A stretch of 64,000 bases of DNA from Pseudomonadota bacterium (GTDB lineage Bacteria; Pseudomonadota; Alphaproteobacteria; Sphingomonadales; Sphingomonadaceae), in assembly GCA_040390365.1 (NCBI GenBank), contig JAZJYM010000001.1:1291-65290 (forward strand), given 5' to 3'. Shown here one piece after another: positions 18,445 through 27,089 of this stretch (the stretch's first letter is position 1; every line of letters begins with the position of its first letter). The notes under the pieces are model-generated. The model worked only from the letters and a program-made list of their open reading frames with translations, made no database searches and had not been told where the DNA came from. The translations under genes and the position numbers were made by a program.

Positions 18445-19503
18445 CTATCGCCGAGTGATGGCGTCCGCCAGAACCCCGACCGACATGGCGTAAAAATTCG
18501 AGCAATTATAATCGAGGATGGCGCGGTAATTGGCGGTCAGCAAATAGCCATTCGAATAGGGACCGTCGGGCTCGAGCAGGAAAGCGAGCTCCCCCTCGGG
18601 CAGGGACCGGCCGACCGGAGTCACGCCGAGCGAGCGCCATTCACGCATCGACAGCCAGCGGCTGTGGCGCCGGAACACCTGGGGACAGCGCGGCGCAGTG
18701 ACCCGCGACACGATCGCCTGGCGATTGATCGTCGCCGGCACCCGCACCGCCACGCCCCACGGCACGTTCGGTTTCCACCCGGCGTCGCGCAGATACATTG
18801 CGATCGAGGCCAGACCGTCGAGTTCGTTGCTCCAGATGTCGGCAAAACCATCGCCATCGCCGTCGGCGCGCAGGCGCAGAGCGACCGAGGGCATGAACTG
18901 CGGGTAGCCGGTGGCCCCTGCCCAGCTGCCCTTCATCCGCCAGCGCGGAACGCCCTGGTCAATCAGCTTCAGCGCGGCGATGAATTCGCTTTCGAAGAAG
19001 TCGCGGCGCCGCCCGTAATAGCCGAGGCTGGCCAGCGCTTCGAGCAGATCGTAGCCGCCGGTGACCTGCCCATAGCTGGTTTCATGGCCCCAGATCGCCA
19101 TTAGCACTCCGCTATCGACCCCGGTGCGTTGCTCGAGGCCGCGCAGCGAGCTGTAATGGTCCGAATAATTGCGTTGCCCGCGGCTGATCATCGACGGCGT
19201 GACGTGACGACGGAGGTAGGGGGAGATCATCGAAATGGTCCCACCGCTGCTCGCCGCGCCAGGTTCGGTCGCTTCCATCCGAATCGCCGTCTGGTTGACC
19301 GACATGGCGGGAACATAAGCGGCGACGGTCTGCGGCCGGACGCCCTTTTGGCGGGCGAGAATTGCGAGGCGCAGCTTGTACGTCGTCCACGGGTCGCTCG
19401 CCGATTGCGCGAACGCCGACGACTGGCTGGTCATGCTCGGCCCGCCAATCCCGACCAATGCCGCCAGCATCCCAACCCACAGCCAGTTCGCCAGAATCTT
19501 CAC
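18445..19503 (-). CDS. mltB: Lytic murein transglycosylase (MltB family)
   Basis: Motifs AIWGHETSYG, GSWAGATGYPQFMPS, DGDGDG and YNCSNFYA; GTG start after AAGGA. Confidence 0.92.
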   Translation of the reverse strand: MKILANWLWVGMLAALVGIGGPSMTSQSSAFAQSASDPWTTYKLRLAILARQKGVRPQTVAAYVPAMSVNQTAIRMEATEPGAASSGGTISMISPYLRRHVTPSMISRGQRNYSDHYSSLRGLEQRTGVDSGVLMAIWGHETSYGQVTGGYDLLEALASLGYYGRRRDFFESEFIAALKLIDQGVPRWRMKGSWAGATGYPQFMPSVALRLRADGDGDGFADIWSNELDGLASIAMYLRDAGWKPNVPWGVAVRVPATINRQAIVSRVTAPRCPQVFRRHSRWLSMREWRSLGVTPVGRSLPEGELAFLLEPDGPYSNGYLLTANYRAILDYNCSNFYAMSVGVLADAITRR

Positions 19504-19624
19504 GCTCACTCCTTGCCTTGTCATCGAGGCTATGACGGAAAGCGCATCAAGCGCCAGCAAGTTCACCGCGCGACTTGCACGTTCCGCCCTGCCGAGCGAT
19601 AGCGCTGGCCGATCCAGCGACCGC

Positions 19625-19716
19625 GGAGAGGTGGCCGAGTGGTTTAAGCGACCGGCGACTGGCCAGCCGGGGGCTGGACATCAAGCCGGACGGTCGTAGA
19701 CCGCTGCCCGGCACCA
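19625..19716 (+). other. tRNA-sized unit repeating the tRNA-Ser 5' end and ending in ACCA (pseudo-tRNA or structured leader)
   Basis: 19623-19648 is identical to 19719-19744. Downstream stems are CCGGC/GCCGG, GGCT/AGCC and (GA)CGG/CCG(CT). The acceptor stem does not pair. Confidence 0.55.
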
Positions 19717-19720
19717 ATGC

Positions 19721-19810
<90 letters not shown>

Positions 19811-19837
19811 TCCACCGGTCTATGCCAGCAAACGCTC

Positions 19838-20437
19838 CTAGATCAGGAACGGCAGGGCAACGCCTGCAATGCCAACTATTATCGCTAAGGGGCCGAGCCA
19901 CCACTGATTGTCATTCCAAACGGCAAGCATCCTTTGCGTCCGCGTCAGCACAACCGCTGGGCCGGCATCAGGCAGGGCAAGCTTTAAGGCGTCTGCCTGC
20001 GCCTGAATATGAGTCTCACTTAGTCCCTCCCAACGTCCCGCATCATCTTCGGGCGGGAATTTGGTGCCATCTCCCCGCAGAATGCGATCTTTCTTGGTCG
20101 CTGCCCTCCTGATTGACAGCACGAACGAAACGAGTTGCCCGGCACATTTATCGATGGCCCGAAGGGCTGTGGCTCGATTGTAGTTCCTGACCTCGGTATC
20201 CACCCATGCGAGTTGGTCAGCGACGTCCTTGCGAACACCTTTAACGAGGTTATCCCAGAAGAAATGTCGCGGCGTTCCCCAAAAAGCGACCGAGCTGAGG
20301 CGGGTGTGGCAACCGTCGAACGTATCGATTTCTACACCTCGCTCACTGCCGATGTGGTGCCATTTGGCTAGCCAGCGGTGAAATGATTCGCGACGCTCAT
20401 CCAACCGCGCTTTCAAGTGTGATGCTGTAGGGGTCAC
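19838..20437 (-). CDS. Hypothetical protein with C-terminal membrane anchor (islet)
   Basis: 199-aa ORF with non-host codon usage, ending WWLGPLAIIVGIAGVALPFLI. Confidence 0.6.
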   Translation of the reverse strand: MTPTASHLKARLDERRESFHRWLAKWHHIGSERGVEIDTFDGCHTRLSSVAFWGTPRHFFWDNLVKGVRKDVADQLAWVDTEVRNYNRATALRAIDKCAGQLVSFVLSIRRAATKKDRILRGDGTKFPPEDDAGRWEGLSETHIQAQADALKLALPDAGPAVVLTRTQRMLAVWNDNQWWLGPLAIIVGIAGVALPFLI

Positions 20438-20488
20438 GCGGTAAGAGTAACGCCAGCAACGCAGAAATAAATGTGATATCGTGCATTA

Positions 20489-20908
20489 ATGCGGTTGCAG
20501 GTCGCCAGTCTCAAGCAACGCCTCTTTCCGGCAGAGTGGCGCGCCCGCTGCCTCGAAATGCTCGACCACGCCGACAGCGTCTTCGGGGATGAGATTTGTT
20601 GGCGCACCCTGAAGGAGCAGGTTCGCAGAGGAGTATTGCTCACGAAAGGTGACAAAGTGGCCAAGTTCGCGACCAACGATTTGGATGCAGCGAACCTCGT
20701 TTTAGATTTGATTGCACGCATGTCGGAGCGGCAAGTCACCTTCGGCGAGAACCACATCTACCGCGGCGTTCTGAGCTTCACCGGCAAGTCTTATCGGTCG
20801 ATTGCCGAGATTGCCCTGCACGAGATGCATGAAAATGAGGCGTTGGACTACGATGAACTGGAGGAGCGATTGGAGCAGATTGACGAGGCTGTGAAAGCTG
20901 CCGGTTGA
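20489..20908 (+). CDS. Hypothetical protein with HIYRGVLS motif (islet)
   Basis: 139-aa ORF with protein-like composition and an acidic helical C-terminus; start uncertain. Confidence 0.65.
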   Translation: MRLQVASLKQRLFPAEWRARCLEMLDHADSVFGDEICWRTLKEQVRRGVLLTKGDKVAKFATNDLDAANLVLDLIARMSERQVTFGENHIYRGVLSFTGKSYRSIAEIALHEMHENEALDYDELEERLEQIDEAVKAAG

Positions 20909-20923
20909 ATCGAGGAGGGGCAA

Positions 20924-21235
20924 ATGTTCGGCTTCGGTAAGCGACAGTCAAAAGCTGACGCCGCAGTCGCGGTGCTGGACGACGCAATCGTGCTGGCGTC
21001 GGAAAGGTGGCAGTTCGTCTGCGACAAGGTGCCTTACCGAGCTGATATAGAACTGGTCGACCAAATCTCGGCGTTCACCGTTCCGTTCTATGAGGGTGCC
21101 CGAAAAACCTTCCCTGCTCTAAGGGACGCACCAGACTGGCTGCTGCTGCTGGTTGTCGCAAAGGGCGTCGAGCGCTCTGGGACGCACTCTCGAGCAGAGG
21201 TCGAGCAGGCGCTGGGCGTGAGACTCCCGGACTGA
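20924..21235 (+). CDS. Hypothetical protein (islet)
   Basis: 103-aa ORF beginning MFGFGKR, with GAGGAGG RBS directly upstream. Confidence 0.75.
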   Translation: MFGFGKRQSKADAAVAVLDDAIVLASERWQFVCDKVPYRADIELVDQISAFTVPFYEGARKTFPALRDAPDWLLLLVVAKGVERSGTHSRAEVEQALGVRLPD

Positions 21236-21399
21236 CTGGCAGCGCCGCGTACGAGGGGTTTACAAGCGTCAGCTAAGTCGAGCGGAGCGCAACCCGTACA
21301 GCCCGGCAAATTGGGTGCTGTGGGCATCCGTCGCTGCGGGCGTACGGCGCCTCATCTTACAGTCGGACGCTCGATCTGAGAGGCTGGAGGTTTGTCTTC

Positions 21400-21521
21400 T
21401 GACGATCCCCAACCGCATCAATCCCGATCCCGACATCTTCGAATACCGGTTTCGCAACAGCCATGCCCGCGTCCAGCTGTCCTACAAACTGAGCTTCGGC
21501 GGCGGCGGGGTGGCGAAGTAA
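21400..21521 (+). pseudogene. Possible C-terminal remnant of an outer-membrane beta-barrel protein
   Basis: Frame ends IFEYRFRNSHARVQLSYKLSFGGGGVAK*, an alternating beta-strand pattern with host-like codons and no convincing start. Confidence 0.3.
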
Positions 21522-21574
21522 GCGCTTAACGGCTAGGGAGCGCGCCACCACTCTTTTGCCAAGGAAATGACGCC

Positions 21575-22765
<1,191 letters not shown>

Positions 22766-22817
22766 GAGCCCGCGGAGGCGCTAGACCCGTTCGCACGCGA
22801 CGCGAGAGGGCATTCAC

Positions 22818-23390
22818 ATGACTATTTGGATCATCATTGGCATCATCGTCCTGGCGGTGCTGTTCGTCGTCGGCCTCTACAACCGGCTGGTGCGCCTGCG
22901 CGCCTTGGTCAAGGAAGGGTTCAGCGGGATCACCGTCCAGCTGCGGCGGCGGGCCGACCTCATTCCCAACCTCGTCGAGACGGTGAAGGGCTATGCAAGT
23001 CACGAAAAATCGACGTTCGAGGCGATAACCGAGGCGCGCGCGCAAATGGCTGGGGCAAGCGGGAACAGCGTTGCCGCGACTGCTGCTGCTGATGCCTCGA
23101 TGACCGGGTTGATCGGTCGGCTGTTCGCGGTTGCCGAGGCCTATCCGGAGCTTCGAGCGAGTGAAAACTTCCAGCAGCTGCAAAGCGAGATTTCGGCGAT
23201 CGAGACCGAGCTTCAGTCGGCGCGGCGTTACTACAACGCCACCGTTCGCGACCTCAACACCGCAATCCAGAGCTTTCCGTCGGTGCTGATCGCCCGGCCC
23301 ATGGGCTTTGCCGAGGAGCCTTCCTACGAAGACCCCGACGCGGCGATCCAGAGTGCCCCCAAGGTTTCGTTCGACCAGCCGGCGGCCTGA
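22818..23390 (+). CDS. lemA: LemA family protein
   Basis: N-terminal TM helix; motifs QLRRRADLIPNLVETVKGYA, EAYPELRA and RRYYN. Confidence 0.95.
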   Translation: MTIWIIIGIIVLAVLFVVGLYNRLVRLRALVKEGFSGITVQLRRRADLIPNLVETVKGYASHEKSTFEAITEARAQMAGASGNSVAATAAADASMTGLIGRLFAVAEAYPELRASENFQQLQSEISAIETELQSARRYYNATVRDLNTAIQSFPSVLIARPMGFAEEPSYEDPDAAIQSAPKVSFDQPAA

Positions 23391-23392
23391 CC

Positions 23393-25321
23393 ATGACTGT
23401 CGCCTGGCGCGCGATCGCCGCGGCGCTCGTCTTGTTGTGGACCGCGACCGCCGCCGCGGCCGAAGAGCGCATCCTCAATTTCGACAGCGTCATCGCGGTC
23501 CAGAAAAATGGCTCGCTCGACGTCAATGAAACGATCCGGGTCAACGCCGAGAATAACCAGATCAACCACGGCATCTACCGCGATTTCCCGACCCGCTACA
23601 CGATCCCCAATGGCGGCAAGATGAAGGTCGGCTTTACCTTCCTCGATGCCACGCTCGACGGCCAGCCGGTCGACCATGCCGAGGAATCGCGGGGCAATGG
23701 AGTGCGCATCAAGCTCGGTTCGGCCGACAGCTACGTCACCCCTGGCGAGCATTCCTATCGCCTCCACTACACGGTCGATCGCGAGCTCGGATTCTTCAAG
23801 GATTACAACGAACTCTACTGGAACGTTACCGGCAATGGCTGGGTCTTCCCGATCGAGCATGCAAGCGCGACCATCACCCTCCCCTCGGCCGCGAAGTTCG
23901 GCCAGCGTTCGGCCTATACCGGCGCTCAAGGCTCGACCGCGACCAACGCAGGGGTGGTCGAGGAAAGCGATCGCTCGATCCGCTTTGAAACGACTGCGCC
24001 GCTGGGGTCGTTCGAAGGCCTGACCGTCGCTGCCGCCTTCCCCAAGGGCGTGGTCGACGAGCCCAGCGCGAACCAGAAATTGGGCTGGTTCTTCGCCGAT
24101 TTGCTGCCGATGATCGCCGCCTTCCTGGGATTGCTCGGGATTACCGGCTTTCTCTATTATGTGTGGAAGCGCGTCGGTCGCGATCCGCGCGCGGGCACGG
24201 TCGTTCCGATATTCTCGCCGCCCGACGACATGAGCCCGGCGGCGATGCGCTATGTGCTGAAACAAGGCTTTGACAATCGCGCCTTTGCAGCGGCGATCGT
24301 CGATGCCGGGGTCAAGGGCCATGTGCGGCTGGTCGAGGACAAGGGCTTTCTGTTCTTCGGCGGCGACAAATATATCGAAGGCGTGGTTCCGTCGGCGACC
24401 AGCGTGCCGCTGGACAAAGCCGAGCAAACCGCGATTTCGGCATTGGTTTCGCCGGGCGAGAAGATCGAGCTCGACAACAAGAATCATGCGACCTTCAGCG
24501 CCGCGAAAACCGCGATCGAGGAAGCGTATAAGACCCGCTTCGACGATCGCGCGTTCAAACGCAATTACGGCTGGGCAGCGGTTTCGATCCTGGTTTGGTT
24601 GGCCGCCGCTTATCTCACCGCGCTGGCGATCGTCCTCGCCGAAGGGCTTGCGCCCGGCTACCTGCAATTGGTGCCCTTGCTTGCCATTGGCACAGCGGCG
24701 TGGCTGCATTTCCTGCCAAAGACCAAGCACTCGACCGCGGTCAGCTGCGCCCTCGGCCTGGTTGGACTTGCATTGCTGGCGGTGGCCGGAATCACGGCCA
24801 TGACGACCATCGGCCTCGCGCTGAATTCCGGCCGCTGGCAAGCCATCCTCGTCATCCTCGCGGGTCTTCCGCTGGCTCTATCGTCGTTCTTCTGGATCAG
24901 CGCGCCGACTCCGGAAGGGCGCGCGTTGCTCGACAAGATCGCGGGCTTCAAACAATATCTGTCGATCACCGAGCGCGAGCGGCTCGACCGGATGCAAGCG
25001 CCCGCGGACACGCTCCAGACCTTCGAGCGCTTCCTGCCTTATGCCATCGCCCTGGAAATCGAGAATCGCTGGGCCGACCGCTTCGCCGGCCAGCTGGCAG
25101 CGGCCGCTGCGGCAGCCAGCGCCGGGAGCCAGCAAGGTTTCCTGTGGTATTCGGGATCGCACAGCCCGTGGACCGACGTCGGCGGGTTTACCAATTCGAT
25201 TGGCAGTTCGCTGTCGAGCAGCATTTCCTCGGCCTCGACCGCGCCGGGATCGTCGAGCGGATCGGGCGGCGGCGGGTCATCGGGCGGTGGCGGCGGTGGT
25301 GGCGGCGGCGGCGGCTGGTAA
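23393..25321 (+). CDS. DUF2207-family membrane protein with Gly/Ser-rich C-terminal tail
   Basis: Signal peptide; motifs ELYWNVTGNGW and FERFLPYAIAL; ends GGGGSSGGGGGGGGGGGW. Confidence 0.88.
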   Translation: MTVAWRAIAAALVLLWTATAAAAEERILNFDSVIAVQKNGSLDVNETIRVNAENNQINHGIYRDFPTRYTIPNGGKMKVGFTFLDATLDGQPVDHAEESRGNGVRIKLGSADSYVTPGEHSYRLHYTVDRELGFFKDYNELYWNVTGNGWVFPIEHASATITLPSAAKFGQRSAYTGAQGSTATNAGVVEESDRSIRFETTAPLGSFEGLTVAAAFPKGVVDEPSANQKLGWFFADLLPMIAAFLGLLGITGFLYYVWKRVGRDPRAGTVVPIFSPPDDMSPAAMRYVLKQGFDNRAFAAAIVDAGVKGHVRLVEDKGFLFFGGDKYIEGVVPSATSVPLDKAEQTAISALVSPGEKIELDNKNHATFSAAKTAIEEAYKTRFDDRAFKRNYGWAAVSILVWLAAAYLTALAIVLAEGLAPGYLQLVPLLAIGTAAWLHFLPKTKHSTAVSCALGLVGLALLAVAGITAMTTIGLALNSGRWQAILVILAGLPLALSSFFWISAPTPEGRALLDKIAGFKQYLSITERERLDRMQAPADTLQTFERFLPYAIALEIENRWADRFAGQLAAAAAAASAGSQQGFLWYSGSHSPWTDVGGFTNSIGSSLSSSISSASTAPGSSSGSGGGGSSGGGGGGGGGGGW

Positions 25322-25327
25322 TGGGAC

Positions 25328-25352
25328 CCCGTCAAAGTGATACTTTGATGGG
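25328..25352. terminator. Hairpin between convergent DUF2207 and GNAT genes
   Basis: CCCGTCAAAGT-GAT-ACTTTGATGGG. Confidence 0.55.
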
Positions 25353-25359
25353 AGCCTAA

Positions 25360-25902
25360 TCAGCCCCAGGATGGCCGGCGCAGCACTATGGTCGGATCGC
25401 CATGATAGGTCGTCTCGTGGACGGGCTCGAACCCCAGCTTCCGGGCGAGCTTGATCGAGGGTTCGTTGGCCGGCGCGATGATCGCCCAGATTTGGGTCGG
25501 CGCAAGATGAGTTTGGGCCCAGTCGAGCACGGCCCGGCACGCTTCGCCGGCCACGCCCTGCCCGTGCGCCTCGGTCGCGAAGATCCAGCCCATTTCCGGA
25601 TCGTTGGCGAATTGCGGGTCAAGATCGCGCCAGGCGGTGAACAGAGCGGCCATTCCAAGCAGCCGGCCGTCGCTTTTGCGTTCGACCGCCCAGCCGCCAA
25701 AGCCGTTGAGCTGCCAGCCGCCGACCGCCGCCATCAGCCGCCGCCAGCATTCCTCCATCCCCATCGGTTCGGGACCGAAGTGACGGAACACCGCTGGCTC
25801 CTGGAGGATGTTGAAATAGAGTTGGCGATCGTCCCTGCGCCAGGCACGCAGCCGCAAGCGCTCGGTCTCCAATGTCGGAGCCGAGGCGCCTGTACCTGTC
25901 AC
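25360..25902 (-). CDS. GNAT (RimJ/RimL-like) N-acetyltransferase
   Basis: Motifs LETERLRLR, PEMGWIF, HGQGVAGEA and NEPSIKLARKLGF; GTG start inferred. Confidence 0.9.
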   Translation of the reverse strand: MTGTGASAPTLETERLRLRAWRRDDRQLYFNILQEPAVFRHFGPEPMGMEECWRRLMAAVGGWQLNGFGGWAVERKSDGRLLGMAALFTAWRDLDPQFANDPEMGWIFATEAHGQGVAGEACRAVLDWAQTHLAPTQIWAIIAPANEPSIKLARKLGFEPVHETTYHGDPTIVLRRPSWG

Positions 25903-25909
25903 CCTTGGC

Positions 25910-26143
25910 TTAGGCGTCCTTCTTACCCAGGCTGAAGCCGCCGAAGCGCTTGTTGAAGCGCGCGACCTGGCCGCCTTCCTGAAGCTGGCGGCTGCCGCCA
26001 ACCCAGGCCGGGTGAACCTTGGGATCGATGTCGAGGTGGAGCGTGTCGCCTTCCTTGCCCCAGGTCGAACGGGTCTGGAACTTGGAGCCGTCGGTCATTT
26101 CGACGTTGATCATATGATAATCGGGGTGAATTTCGGACTTCAT
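25910..26143 (-). CDS. rpmE: 50S ribosomal protein L31 (no CxxC motifs)
   Basis: [10 protein letters not shown]...[11 protein letters not shown]...[10 protein letters not shown]. Confidence 0.97.
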   Translation of the reverse strand: MKSEIHPDYHMINVEMTDGSKFQTRSTWGKEGDTLHLDIDPKVHPAWVGGSRQLQEGGQVARFNKRFGGFSLGKKDA

Positions 26144-26241
26144 CTTCAAGATTTCCCTGGATGTGCCGCTGGTTACCGACCAGCAGCCAAAGATTATGCG
26201 GCGCCCTTACAAGGCGGGCGGCAAAGTTGCAACCGGACCGG

Positions 26242-26778
26242 TCAGGCGGGTTGGGGCGTAGCTTCGCGAAGCGTCGGGACCAGTCGTTCCGCCAGCGCGA
26301 ACCCGCCAAACAGCACAATGGCGTAAAACAGGTCGCCGGCCAGGCTGTTCTGGAAGAAGGGAAGCGCGGCTGCATAGCAGTCGGCGAGACCGGCAAGGCT
26401 GCGCGGATACATGCCGCTGCCCAGCCACACTCCGAAATTGCTGAGCGCGAAAAACAAAAGCGCGCTGGCCAAGGCACTGAGGCCGACCCGCAGCGGACCG
26501 CGGCTCCGCGACAAAGCGGCCAGGCCGATCGTCACGGCAATCGCGGTGCCGACATATTGGTAAATCATGCCGGGATAGAAACCGAGGATGATATCGCTCA
26601 GCGCAAGTGCCGCCAGCGGCGCCGCAAATGCCAAGGCGCGGCGCCCGACATAGGCACCGCTGAACAGCGCCATCGCGCCGATCGGCGTGAAATTGGGCGG
26701 ATGCGGCACGAGCCGCAGCGCGGCGGCCGCAACGATGGCTAAAAGCAGGACGATCAGGCGGGTGCGATTGCTGGTCAT
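26242..26778 (-). CDS. DUF6580-like multi-pass membrane protein, candidate ECF S-component-like cobalamin transporter
   Basis: Motifs RLVPHPPNFTPIGAMALF, LFFALSNFGVW and AALPFFQNSLAGDLFY; about 5-6 TM helices; divergent from B12 riboswitch-btuB. Confidence 0.75.
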   Translation of the reverse strand: MTSNRTRLIVLLLAIVAAAALRLVPHPPNFTPIGAMALFSGAYVGRRALAFAAPLAALALSDIILGFYPGMIYQYVGTAIAVTIGLAALSRSRGPLRVGLSALASALLFFALSNFGVWLGSGMYPRSLAGLADCYAAALPFFQNSLAGDLFYAIVLFGGFALAERLVPTLREATPQPA

Positions 26779-26844
26779 TGGCACTGAATAAACCGGCAAG
26801 GCGCAATTTGACAGCCCGTCCGCGCGCCGCGTAGCACGATCCTC

Positions 26845-26985
26845 GATTGAGGTGCCGCCCACGGGTTTCGATCCGACGGGGGCGGTTAAAAGGGAAGCCG
26901 GTGCAAAGCCGGCGCTGTGCCCGCAACTGTAAGTGCCATCGGGGTTTCATGATCCCAATGGCGAAGTCAGGAACCTGCCCCGATC
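26845..26985 (+). promoter_or_regulatory. Cobalamin riboswitch
   Basis: GGTG...AAAAGGGAAGCCGGTGCAAAGCCGGCGCTGTGCCCGCAACTGTAAG...AAGTCAGGAACCTGCC matches the B12-element consensus. Confidence 0.95.
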
Positions 26986-27089
26986 GGTCGTCCGTTTCTT
27001 CGGCCGGGACCAGCCGCGGAGCGTGGGCGGACCGTGACCTCAAGTCGCGGCACCCTCCGTGACGGCAATTGTCGTCCATGGAGGCTCCA

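Noticed and set aside
19670-19690. GGCTGGACATCAAG resembles the tRNA-Sec anticodon region
   Set aside because: The rest of the unit lacks the Sec acceptor and D-arm architecture, and no sel genes are nearby.
25255-25318. (GGC)n run as a phase-variable microsatellite
   Set aside because: It is an in-frame trinucleotide run encoding the usual Gly tail, interrupted by synonymous codons.
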